From: Eledone cirrhosa
Taxonomy: Eukaryota
Direction: 5' to 3'
Assembly: GCA_964016885.1 (NCBI GenBank)
Contig: OZ024741.1
Span: 355,260,001 to 355,324,000 of the forward strand
Length of the DNA: 64,000 nt
Numbering within the stretch: position 1 is the stretch's first letter; each line of letters begins with the position of its first letter. Shown piece after piece: positions 1-13,100 of this stretch. Made by a program: the position numbers and the translations under genes. Under the pieces are notes generated by a model. That model was not told where the DNA came from, made no database searches, and saw only the letters and a program-made list of their open reading frames with translations.

Positions 1-1499
1 AACCTTGTTATATTTCCTCGCTGTGCTTTCTGGTCTGATCCTTTCCTCACGAAGAAACCTAAACATGCAGCCTTATAACCTAATCTTCTTTAAGGATCCT
101 TCTCACAACCAAAAATCTTATATTTCTGCTAAAAGTCTTTTTGTGAATCGGACTACATTACCCAAGCTATTCGCGTGTTTAATCAAGGTGGGAAGGACGG
201 TGTCTGTGTTGCCTTTTCGGGGCCACTGAGACTGGTGGGAGGGAGGAAAGTATTTTGACTAGAGACTTGGTCCAAATACTTGCAGAAGTGGACTCCGTTA
301 AAGGCATCTGAGAACTGGGTGGTGGTATTTATTTTAAAGTACCGCCCAGGATTGGTACTTTATTTTATCGACCTCAATGGTTACCGATCAAGATTATACT
401 GAAAAAAAAGGATGAGGAAAATCATGCCACTTTTCCCTCCTTACGGACAACTGACGCTGCACAGCAGGTCCGGACACGGAAGAGCCGAACTCCTGCTGTC
501 ATCGCCTCCACCTCTCTCGCCTTTAAAAGACGAAAAGCAAAGTTGACCTCGGCTGGATTTGAACTCAGAGAGCAAAGAGCCGGAACGAATATTGCAATAC
601 TTTTGTCCTACGTTCTAATGGCTCTACTATTTCATGTATAACGCCACTCTCCCACCACCTCTGGTCAATCTTGACCAAGCAGACTTATAATTAAAGGCAA
701 ACATTTAGTCTCTCCCCATACATTATCTTGTATGTCCTTCTTTTTAAAGGCGTTAAGGTTTGAATAAAGGGAGATTCGGTTGTTATTTCTAGCTGGTCGA
801 GCAACCACTTAGAGGCTTCCCACTTTGGCTAGGTGTACATTATCTAATGCGTCCTTTTTTATTTAGAATGGGAGAGTGTAGTTTCAGTGAGGTTTAAGTT
901 TCTATTTCGAAGACCTCGTAGGCTCGATGAAATCGAAGAAGCTAAGTGCACAGAAGGAGTGAGAGGGGCTTAGTGAGAATGAGATAGAAAGAGATAGTGA
1001 GCTAGAAGGAGTTAAAGTCAGAGCAAGTAAACAAGAGAAAGGGGTTGGTGAAAGAGTCATAGAATAAAGAAAAACCACTGAGACAAGATGGAGTCGTCAT
1101 GAGTGAACATGTGTCGTCGCTGCATTAAGATGGTGCAGTTGACACTCCCTCTCGACCCGACTGGGAGGATCATTTACAGGAGGAAAACAGAACATTTACT
1201 GGAGAGGTGATTGAAACTTCTCTATAGCCGCAAGTTTATTTTTTGTGCGTACACGCATGAGTGGATATATGTCTACATACATTCAATGACACCCTTTCTC
1301 TCTTTCTCTTTTTGTCTCCCTACCACACACACACATATAAATTTATATATATATATATATATATACATACACACACACCATCCGAAACAGAGTGACCGTC
1401 CTTTGGGATTTTACCAATTACTATATACATACACATATGTGTGTGCTTTTCTAAATATATATATATATGTAAATACATAAGCATAGGTTAAAATAGAAA

Positions 1500-1724
1500 A
1501 TAGTGGTCGAAAATTCAGCAACGCCATTCGGCGTCATTCGGCTGTTTTCGGGGTGCGACGATTTTTTGTTTTTTGGGGCCTTTCAAAATCTAAACAAACA
1601 TTTTTTAGACGAGCTGGATATGGACATTTGAAGGAAAAGGGTAGAAAAAAATCAATAAAATGTGCACTGAAAAAAAGAAAGAAAGAAAATACATTTATAA
1701 ATATTGTGAATGAAATATGTAAGT
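1500..1724 (+). promoter_or_regulatory. Candidate STYX promoter / non-coding first exon ending at a GTAAGT donor (1719)
   Basis: Non-repetitive, CpG-retaining segment upstream of a CpG-depleted gene body; donor present, and a pyrimidine tract/AG lies near 7000 before the ATG. Confidence 0.3.
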
Positions 1725-3257
1725 CTATTTCTCCAGATTGTCGGAGTGGTCAAAACGTCTTTAATGTTTATTTTTTTCTGCGGAAGAAGTATTTTATTTA
1801 CGACTCATAACAGTATATCGTTTTTGTCGATGCTGCTGACAATCCACTGTTGTTTTAAAGATTCCGCTATCTTCTGAGCTTTTCTCTATTTGCGCTTAAG
1901 TGGTTAAAACTAAAATGTCCCGTATAGATTCCTTTAGTGAACGACGGGTGTATACGTTAAAAATATTAAAATGTAACACATAATGACCACCCGCCTCCCA
2001 TATAGAAGAAATACATGAAATAAAATATATTAAAGACAGTTTCGAAAAATTCTTACAAGCTGCCTTCTTTTTCTTTTTAAACTTTTAAATTAATTGTAGC
2101 AAAATGGATGGGATCCTCAGAAAGCTTCCTTTAACTATGCTATGTCCACATTTGTCTACACATTTACTGTAAATAATAGATTTAACTTCTAGAAATGATT
2201 AATGATTTTATTTAATGTTATTTATGTTAAAAAAAGTTCAGTCATCTTAATGTTATTAATATCAAAGTAAGGCATAGTAGTTAAAAAAATAGCGTATGAT
2301 CAAAACAAAATCGTCTTGTTCTCATTTACTTTTTAGTTTCGGCCACTCACTCATATATATTCTACTAGTAGGTTCGTTGTTATTATTCTCAAAGCTTGTT
2401 TACAAACATAATGTTTGATATAGTTTATTGGGTCAATGGATGGCATCAGACTCATTGTTGTACTGGACAAAATACCTTTCCATATATTCAATGAGTTCTA
2501 ATCTCGCTGGAATCGACATTGTCTTTAATCCCTTTGAGATACGATGTTATAGGTACTAAATGATATGTTACTTGAATTGACTGCACCTCTTGACTATAAA
2601 TATATGGCCTCGTGCCAATGTTAAGAAAGCAAAAACACTCGTTAAGATAAAAAATAAAAGCTCTCGCTATTCATTTATTACATACAACACAACGCACACA
2701 CGTTTGTGCTACATCTCGAATTACATTATTCCTATGTAAATATTTACAAGGTGACCACCTATCCTGATTAATCTGTTATTCGTTGATGTAATTTCATCTC
2801 ACTAGAATACACACATATTGAGAGGGAGAGAGAGAGATTATGTTTGTATATAAGTACACCAAAAAGCATAAAGTCACGAAAGAACTCCATACTGTTATAG
2901 TAGAAAACGTGATCACATGAGAGGAATGAATATATATTTGTTACTGTCGAGATCATTGTCTTTCATCCTTTTGGGGTTGATAAATAAAGAACCAATCCAA
3001 GGTAGGGGATTAGGACATCAGACATTTCTATTCTGGTTTCGACTACTCTCTCACTAGTGCAGAGCAGTATCTACCTTTGCCATTCCTTCGCACACAATTG
3101 GTGGTCTGGTGAAGGGAGACTTGCATGCTTAGACAACTGCTGGTCTTCCAAAAAACCTTGTCCAGGCTAGCGTCTTAGAGAGGAACTTTGCAGGTGTAGA
3201 TACATGGTCTCATGAGATATATGTAGATTCTGGATATTTGCACACACACACATATAT

Positions 3258-3915
3258 CATCATCCCCATTTTACATCTGCTTTTCCATGCATGGATGGGT
3301 CTTTTTCTGCACTTGCACCCAGTTTATCTCTCAGTTCATCCATGTTTTGTCGTTCACTCACATCAACATTGCATGTCCATCAAAGCATGCTCGTTTTATT
3401 TCTCTCCAGCCTTTGCATATCCTCTGCATTTACTGCCATACAGCATTGTACATCACACTCAGGTGGCATCCAGCCGGCCTTGAACTTTTTCCATCCTGTT
3501 CTCATTCTAGCTTCTATATTCTCAGGTCACCGTCCCCCACTATTAATTATATCACCTAGGTAGCTGAAGTTATCAACCACTTCTATTGATCCTTCCTGGG
3601 ATTAGAAAAGGTTTATTTCACATTAACTATCCTTGTACATCTGCTACATACAAAGTCTACCTTTCCTGTTAGTCTGCTGGCTATCCCACTATAGCTCTTG
3701 TGTACCCAAGATTTACATTGTGTACATTATATAGAGTTTATGCATACTCCTTTTCTACATATATAGCAAGGCCATTTCCCCAATGAGATCAGGCCCTGTC
3801 TTCTTTCCTCCTAACTAAAACTTGTTTTCTTGCCAAATTGATTCTGAACCCTTTTGATTCTAAGTTCTGTTTCCACAGCTGGAATTTATTCTCTAGTTCT
3901 TCCACAGATTCAGCA
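3258..3915 (-). mobile_element. Degenerate RTE LINE fragment
   Basis: ORF 3789..4016 (LLYA..VEELENKFQLWKQNLESKG) and a zinc-finger remnant match the 8603 ORF; CAT-repeat tail near 3258. Confidence 0.75.
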
Positions 3916-4082
3916 TACAAAAGTCCCATACATATGCTCACACACAAGAAGTTGGCTGTGTTCAGACCTGGAGAGGGATGGGTCCTAACAAATTTATATT
4001 CCCTAGACAGCACCATATGTCACAATGTCACACTCTTACAACTCTGCCAGGAGTTCAGGTCCCATTGATGATATATACATAT

Positions 4083-4864
4083 ACAGCAATGTTACATGGC
4101 AGTGAGACTTGGGCATTGTGTGTAGAGGATCTACGCAGACTGGAGAGGAATGAAGCTTGCAAGCTCCGTTGGATGTGTAATAGTAATATACGTGAACGGC
4201 AAAGTATAAATGAACTAAGTGAGAAATTAGGAATAAGAGGGATCAGATGCTATTTACTCGAGAGAAGACTACGTTGGTATGGTCACGTGATGCGCATGAA
4301 AGACGACAGCTGTATAAAAAAGTGCAGGGTGATCAAAATAGACGGTAGCCACGGAGTAGGCAGACCCAGAAAAACCTGGGACGACTTGATAAATTCCGAT
4401 CTCACACACTTACACCTCTCCAAGACAATGTCACTGGACTGAGATCTTTGGTGCTACGCAGTAATACAGAAGACCCACCTTGCCTAAGTGCAAAGCAAAA
4501 CCTACAGTCAGTAGGCACCTCTTACCAAAATACACCCCGTCCCACTAACCCCACCCCATCCACACCACCTCCTTTCGATGTAAAGTTATGTTGGTACCAC
4601 AACATCCAGTCCTAAATAAATGAGGTAGTGTAGATGTCACGACAAAAAAACACAGTCCACGCTGGAATGTGGATGTATAGGTAACACGGTAAAAACCTCC
4701 CAGTCCACACTGTAAACGTGGTTGGTGTTAGGAAGGGCATCCAGCCGTAGAAAACCCGCCAGACAGTCCTATACAAGCAAGACAACCAATCTTGCCTCAA
4801 GTGGGAAAATTCCCGTCCAAACCCATGCTAGCGTGGAAGATGGACGTTAAACGATGATGATGAT
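4083..4864 (+). mobile_element. 5'-truncated RTE LINE 3' end with (GAT)n tail
   Basis: TAMLHGSETW...RLRWYGHVMRM...GRPRKTW, nearly identical to the C-terminus of the 8603 ORF, plus shared 3' UTR. Confidence 0.9.
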
Positions 4865-6293
4865 ATATAGTATGCACTGTATCCTGCTCTTTTTCCAGTC
4901 GAAATACACTCACTTGTTGTCCCCTGTCTATATGTTGTGTTTTCTCATGTATCTTTCTGGTGGCTTGTTCTACTCCATTGTGCAACCTGGGTTCAACATT
5001 ATACAATACCACCCTCCTGCACGAAACTGGATTGCCCAGGAGGTTGGTGAAGAGGAAGATAGATGTTTCTGGTCATTTGTCCTATGTGTTTCATTTTTTT
5101 TTCATGTGCAACTTTGCTATATATATTTACTTATATATATATGAAAAACGGATGTTAAAAGATGGCCCTGCCCTAGGCATAGATCCTATCACCCTCTCCA
5201 TTTCTTCCATGGCCTAATAGTCCTTGCTTTTTCCTGCCTTTCCCTCTCATTTATGGTATTTATAGTCCTTTCCGCTACTTTCCTTTACAGCCAGATCTGC
5301 CCTTCTTTACCTCTTTCCCGCTTCTGTTCATTACTTAATTTTGCTTTTATCTTTTTTGCAACATTTCCATCATTGTATAACTTCTTTTTGAAAAATATAG
5401 TTGACATAATATGTTTATCTATTTTTGTCGAATTTTATTCGAAGATCTGTTATCTCGTAGAACTCCTGAACTTTTTTGGCAGAAGCCACATGGGAAAACA
5501 TTGCTCTAGATTCTTTATCTAGTAGTTCTATAACTTTCCTCTTCCCAAAATAAGCTACAAATGTCTGTCTTCTGTACCTAATCCTGACTTTAACACATAC
5601 AAGCAGGCGTTTCATCTAGGATTAGCTTAGCTTAGAGTTAGCTCTTCTCACACACATTATATAACAGCAAGATATCCCATCTTGATTAGATGTATAGGCA
5701 AGAATTAATCTCCACAAAATACCAATCAAGTATGAATTAATAACTAAGAAAAGTAGTATTAAGTAGAATATGTTTGTAAAAAATAAAATTAGAAATAGAA
5801 AGACATAACAAATACACTGACATGATTTAAACATTATAACTTCATTTGAAAGAGAAGAGTAATGGTCACATTGTAATATAAACAATATATCTTCTGTTTA
5901 CAAGAAATGCTAGGCTTGATTCCTAATAGTGCTTTATCAATATTCAAACCCAATTAGATGATTTCAAATGTATATTATTAAACACAGTTTATATTATATT
6001 GATATGAAACTGCCTGAAAGTGTGCCTGGTTCTATTATACAAATGCATGTATTTTTAAATGTTTATATTTATCTAAAAACCTAGCATCATAAATTTATTT
6101 AAGAACCATTGTTAACCCTTTCATCACCATATTTATGATGAAATAAGCTATCAATATTTTTTTCAAATAATATTGAAAATAATCAAGAATTTGAAGGAAT
6201 TTAATAATTGTTTCTACTTTTGGCACAAGGCCAGCAATTATCCTAGTGCATTACTAGTACTTTATTTTATCGAGTGTTTGGAATATAACTTAA

Positions 6294-6506
6294 CCCTTTA
6301 GCATTTACATTACTCTATATTTACTATTATATTTTCATGTTAAACACTTTATTTCACATAATTATCTCACATAATATCGAATCTACAAGATTTTGATATT
6401 TATTTTGAGAACAATACCTTAACATCAGTATGAGCAGTCAGTTATGGCTGGTTTGAAAGAGGTGAGAGAATTCTGGCCGGATACTGCCAGTTTAAATGCT
6501 AAAGGG
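6294..6506. mobile_element. piggyBac-type MITE (family 1)
   Basis: TTAA-CCCTTTAGCATTTA...TAAATGCTAAAGGG-TTAA: TIRs plus TTAA duplication; sits within a second MITE-like sequence starting near 6112. Confidence 0.85.
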
Positions 6507-6877
6507 TTAAAGGTTCTTACATAAAATGACAATTGAAGGATTTTAGATAAATATAAATACACTAAAACAAACATTTTTATATTATAGAACCAGGAGTAGT
6601 TTGGTTTCCAGACTAAATAATTAAAATATTACATTACTAAAAACCTTTCAAATTCTTGATTATTTCGAAACCATACTGTTTTTTTTCATTATAAATATTG
6701 TAACGAAAGTTTTGAACAATTAACATACATAAGTGTGTATGTAACTGAAAAAGTCTGAGCCTCTGCGAGATTGTGTGAATGACTGATTTTGGGTGTATTA
6801 GTGTTGAATATTTTGGGTGTGTAATATATTATATATCTTTCTATTTCTATATGAACATATACATGTTATGTATGTGT

Positions 6878-6908
<31 letters not shown>

Positions 6909-7046
6909 CAGTATGTTCTTTTTTTGTGTGTGTGTGTATATAGTTATATATATATCGCAACATTTAATTATTTTCTCTCTTTGTCTCTTTCAATAAAGTA
7001 GCAAATTTCTGGATGAAAAAGCAGAAAATTAGCACAGGGATCAAAT

Positions 7047-7103
7047 ATGACGGATACCGCTTGTCCATTGCTGACAATTCTAGATGAAAATGACCGAGAT
7101 GTT
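7047..7103 (+). CDS. STYX: STYX coding exon 1 (MTDTACPLLTILDENDRDV)
   Basis: ATG at 7047, donor GTAAGT at 7104, phase 0; 19 aa precede the conserved WxYxMRREMQ exon, as in vertebrate STYX. Confidence 0.75.
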
Positions 7104-10100
7104 GTAAGTTTTCCAGTTGTAACTTATTTCAACTACTCTACATTTAAACTGTATATTTACATATATCTACAATATATATTTAAAAGAAGGAAGTCTGTCT
7201 TGACTTCTGGTGATGCATGCACAATGATAAATGAACCAAAATTGGTTATGAATACAGATAAAAAACCTATGCACAGAAGCAAACTTTCTTTTTACATGTC
7301 TGTCTCCTTCTATCTATTTCCCTCTCTGTCTGTTTGTCTGTTTATCGCTATTTTTTTTATTACACAATAATGAGAAATGTCGTTTGTAGAACGACAAAAA
7401 AAAAGCCACAAAAAATGCAAAGATATACAAAAACAAAAAACATTCTGACTTGAGTGCATGTACACACATATACATACAGAATAAATGATAAGTATTACAC
7501 ATACTTTTAAAAAATTATTATCAATTTATTAAGGAAAGGAATAAAAAAATAAAATAGTGATTCAAATTTGTAATGGTTTCAGTCACTTAACTGGCCTGTC
7601 ATCATACTGGGGCACTGTCTTCAAGAGTTTCAATGATCATATTGATCCCAATACTTATTTCATTATAGTACTTTTATCAAGGGACAAAACAAGAACAAAT
7701 GCATAGAGATATGCACATACACACGTCTATATACACATACAAACACATCTGCACACACACACACATTCTGTTTTCCAAATTTCACTCACATGGTATTGGT
7801 CAACCATAGGTGACTGTAGAAGGCATCTGAATGAATCTAATACTCCTTGCTTGCATAGTTCCTTTCTTAAATATATGGTCACCCCTACACCTGTATTAAA
7901 TGATATATATATGATACTGTATTTCTGTCATTTATTGTTTGAGTATCATCATCATCATCATCATCATCATCATCGTTTAACGTCCATGTTCCACACTTGC
8001 ATGGGTTTGGACGGGAGTTTTCCCACTTGAGGCAAGAGTGGTTGTCTTGCTCGCATAGGACTGTCTGGCGGGTTTTCTACAGCTGGATGCCCTTCCTAAC
8101 ACCAACCACATTTACAGTGTGGGGCTGGGAGGTTTTTACCGTGTTGCCTATACGCCCACATTACAGCGTGGACTGTGTGTTTTTTTGTCGTGACACCTAC
8201 ACGACCTCATTTATTTCGGCCTGGATGTTGTGGCACCAACATAACTTTACATTGAAAGGGGCGGTGTGGATGGAGTGGGGGTGGTGGGACGGGGGTGTAT
8301 TTTGTTAGAGTGACCAACGTCTCATTATTCACTGCTTCCAGTAACCAGTTTTCCAATGTTCACCAATTTCAGCGTACATCTCCAGATTCCAGGATTAAGC
8401 CTTTCCAATGTTCATTGTTTCCAATGAACAACGTTACCTTCTGGCAAGACAATCTATTCACACGATCATTTTGTCCATGGTTATTTTTTTTTTTTATTAT
8501 TATTGATGGATTGGGCGGTGGATTGGCAGTATTGGTAGAGGGTCGGACGTCACAAATAACTTAACTATCTGTAACACTAACTTCAAAAAACGAGACAATC
8601 ACTTGATCACCTATAGATCGGGGGAACACACAAGCCAGGTAGATTATATCCTTACCAGAAGACGTGACAGAGTGTCTGTTGTTAACACTAAATCCCACCC
8701 CCATGAAGAATTCACCTCCCAACATAGACTGATAATTAGCGACCTCATAGTCAGGACGAGACGTACTAGACAGCGGAAGAGGACTATCCTCAGGAGAAAA
8801 ATATGGAAGCTAAAGGACCCCATAGCCAGAAATAAATTCCAAAGCATATTACTTGACGCTTTCGACAGTAAGGAAGAGCAATTAGAGTCGTATAATATAG
8901 AGGAACAGTGGGAATTCCTGAGAGCAAACCTGCTGACGGCGGCAGACGAAGTCTGTGGCTGGAGCAGGCCTGTAGGTAGGAGGAGAGTAACATGGTGGTG
9001 GAACAGTAAGGTGGAGGAGTCAATTAAGGCCAAAAAGCAGGCTTGGAAAGTATGGCGGGATGGGGGAAGTAGAGAAGACTATCAAGTGGCCAGGAGGGAA
9101 GCTAGGAGACAAGTGTACTTCGCAAGAAGGGAAGCAGAGGAAAGAAAGTTCAAGCATGTTCTACAACGTGAGGACCAAAAACGTGAGGTGTTCAGGATTG
9201 CCAGGCAATGTGTCAAGGAAAACCGTGATATTGTCGGGGAGAAGTGTGTACTTAACGATGATGGCATACTTGCCATCACCGACGCTGATAAGAAGGTAGC
9301 TTGGAAGTGTCACTACGAAAGGCTTCTAAATGAGGAGAACAAATGGGAGAAAGACAGTCTCCCCCAGATCGATCCAATAGAGGGACCAGCAGTGTTAGTT
9401 GAAGGTAGTATAATAAGTAAGGCAATCAAAGATATGAAGACGGGTAAGGCGGCTGGGCCTTCGGAAATAGTTGCTGAGATGCTGAAGGCATCTGGTTCGG
9501 TGGGACACACCATGGTCACCCGGATAGTTAACCAAGTCGTACAGAATGGGGTTGTTCCGAAGGAATGGCGTAGCAGCATCATCGTTAACTGCTATAAGGG
9601 AAAAGGAGATGCCCTAGATAGGAGTAACTATAGAGGCATTAAATTAATCGACCAGGTCATGAAGGTCACGGAAAAAGTAATAGCGCAACTAATCAGAGAG
9701 AGAATTGATCTAGATGAAATGCAGTTCGGGTTTGTGTCAGGCAAAAGTACCACAGACGCTCTTTTCATTGTACGACAACTACAGGAGAAGTACCTAGCTA
9801 AAAGTAAACCCCTATACTTAGCTTTCGTCGACTTGGAGAAAGCCTTCGACAGAGTCCCCCGTTCCATTATCTGGTGGTCTCTTAGAAAACTAGGTGTTGA
9901 CGAATGGCTTGTGAGAGCTATACAAGCCATGTATAAAGAAACAGTCAGTAAGGTTAGAATTAACAACGAATATAGTGAAGAGTTTAGCGTAAAAGTTGGT
10001 GTCCATCAGGGCTCTGTTCTTAGCCCCCTACTATTTATTATTGCCCTTCAGGCTATAACAGAGGAGTTCAAGACCGGCTGCCCATGGGAACTCCTATACG

Positions 10101-13100
10101 CAGATGATCTAACGCTCATAGCTGAATCAATGACCGAACTAGAGAAGAAATTCCAAACGTGGAAGCATGGCCTAGAATCAAAAGGCCTTAAAATTCACCT
10201 GGCTAAGACTAAAGTTCTAGTTTGTAGGAAAGAAAATAAGGCGGCGGTCCCATCGGGGAAATGGCCATGCTCAGTGTGTAGGAAAGGCGTAGGTAGAAAC
10301 TCCATTTTATGTCCCAAATGCAAAGTATGGGTGCATAAAAGATGTAGTGGGATCACAGGTAAGCTAACTAAGAACATAGATTTTACATGTGGCCGGTGCT
10401 CTGGTGCAATAAGTAGCAGCAAGTGCCCACAAAATACTAGCTCCTTCAACTGCGCAGAGGGTTCTATAGAAATAGTGGACAGCTTCCGTTATCTGGGTGA
10501 CAAAATCAGCAGTGGGGGAGGGTGCTCTGAAAGTACAGTAGCTAGAGTCAGAACTGGATGGAAAAAGTTCAGAGAGCTTATACCACTATTAGCCGCTAGA
10601 GGGTTCTCCCTAAAAATGAAAGGCAGGTTATACGATGCCTGCATACGAACAGCAATGCTGCATGGCAGTGAGACCTGGGCATTGTGTGCAGAGGATATAC
10701 GCAGACTAGAGAGGAACGAAGCTTGCATGCTCCACTGGATGTGCAATAGTAATATACGTGAACGGCAAAGCATAAACGAACTAAGGAAAAAATTAGAAAT
10801 AAGAGGGATCAGATGTTGTTTACTCGAGAGAAGGCTACGTTGGTACGGTCACGTGATGCGCATGAAAGACGACAGCTGTATAACAAAGTGCAGGGCAATA
10901 AAGATAGACGGTAACCACGGAGTAGGCAGACCCAGAAAAACATGGGACGAGTTGATAAATTCCGACCTCACACGCTTACACCTCTCCAAGACAATGTCAC
11001 TGGACCGAGACCTTTGGCGGTACTCAGTAATAGAGAAGACCCGCCTTACCTAAATACAAAGTAAAAACCTACTACAGTCAGTAGGCATCTCTATCAAAAC
11101 ACACCCCCGTCCCACCACCCTCCACCCCACCCACACCGCCCCTTTCAATGTAAAGTTATGTTGGTCCCACAACATCCAGGCCGAAACAAATGAGATCGTG
11201 TAGGTGTCACGACAAAAAACACACAGTCCACGCTGTAAATGTGGCCGTGTAGGCAACACGGTAAAAACCTCCCAGCCCCACACTGTAAATGTGGTTGGTG
11301 TTAGGAAGGGCATCCAGCTGTAGAAAACCCGCCAGACAGTCCACGCTGTAATGTGGCCGTGTAGGCAACACGGTAAAAACCTCCCAGCCCCACACTGTAA
11401 ATGTGGTTGGTGTTAGGAAGGGCATCCAACTGTAGAAAACCCGCCAGACAGTCCTATGCGAGCAAGACAACCACTCTTGCCTCAAGTGGGAAAACCCCCG
11501 TCCAAACACATGCAAGCGTGGAACACGGACGCTAAACCTGATGATGATGATGATGATGATGATGCCTACTGACTGTAGTAGGTTTTACTTTGTATTTAGG
11601 TAAGGCGGGTCTTCTCTATTACTGAGTACTGCCAAAGATCTCGGTCCAGTGACATTGTCTTGGAGAGGTGTAAGTGTGTGAGGTCGGAATATATCAGGTC
11701 GTCCCAGGTTTTTCTGGGTCTGCCTACTCCATGGCTACCGTCTATCGTTATTGCCCTGCACTTTTTTATACAGCTGTCGTCTTTCATGCGCATCACGTGA
11801 CCATACCAACGTAGCCTTCTCTCGAGTAAACAACATCTGATCCCTCTTATTTCTAATTTTTCCCTTAGTTCGTTTATGCTTTGCCATTCACGTATATCAC
11901 TATTACACATCCAGTGGAGCATGCAAGCTTCGTTCCTCTCTAGTTTGCGTATATCCTCTGCACACAATGCCCAGGTCTCACTGCCATGCAACATTGCTGT
12001 TCGTATGCAGGCATCATACAGTCTGCCTTTCATTTTTAGGGAGAACCCTTTAGCGGCTAATAGTATGGATTCAGTAACTTTCAATTCCACCATAGCATGT
12101 AAGGATTAGGGTATCAGTTTTGCGTTAGTTGTTAAACAGAGAAAGGGGATATGGAAGAACTAAAATTGTGAAATGTTTCTAATTCTTCTCAGGCAATGCC
12201 AAGTAGTTATCTAGTAATAGTATAAGACTGATGGCCAGGATTTTAAATAAAAAATACCAGCGCATCCATTTTATTTGAAAACTTTAGAAATATAAACAGT
12301 TTAAAAAACCTGGCTAGTAGTTCTAAGCATGTGATGGCCATGTATGTTTGCATATCATCATCATTATCATCATAATCGTTTAACACCCATCTTCCCTGCT
12401 AGGAAGGGTTGGAGGGGTCTTCACAGAATGAGTCAGTACTCTAGTTGAACCACCCACCTCTCAAATAGGTTGGTGGCCTGCATCTCACATACATTCCTAT
12501 CCCCTTCTGAGTGTATTCTACCATGGTACCAGCATTAAGAAGGGTGTCTTTGACACAGCTGAAGAGTCATTCTGACCGTTTTTCAACAAGATTTTATATA
12601 GCTGGATGTCCTTCCTATCACCAACTACATTATAGAGTGTAGTCGGTGCATTTGTGTAGTTCACCAACACTAAAGAGGTTGTCATGACTAACACTACTGA
12701 AGAGACGTTCTAACCCTTTGTTTGGCAAGCCTTCTAAGACTGGATGCCTTTCTTATTATCAGCCACTTGCTAGTGTGTACTGGGTGTGTTTTTTGTGTAG
12801 CTCACCAACACTAGAGAGGTTGCTGTGCTGTTGATACAGATTCTGACACTTTCTTTGGCATAGTTTCTACAGTGTAATGCCCAGGTCTTTACATATTACC
12901 TAGTTTCTTTCTCTAGGTTTATTTTATACTGGCATAGATGGAACAACCAGTGAGCATCAGGCACAAGAAACAAAATGGCTGTTTAGAAGAATTTTAGAGA
13001 CAAAATGACAATATCAGAGACCTTGTACAGGCTATAATTTAGAGGATTTTGAGGGTTAGGTTACTCCTCTGTAGACAGTGTATAGTGGAATTAGCCAAGC

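Noticed and set aside
1-520. Possible divergent gene or Tc1 remnant on the minus strand (ATG near 503 with a GTAAG donor near 444)
   Set aside because: No recognisable protein, interrupted frames, and the segment lies between halves of a SINE; not supportable.
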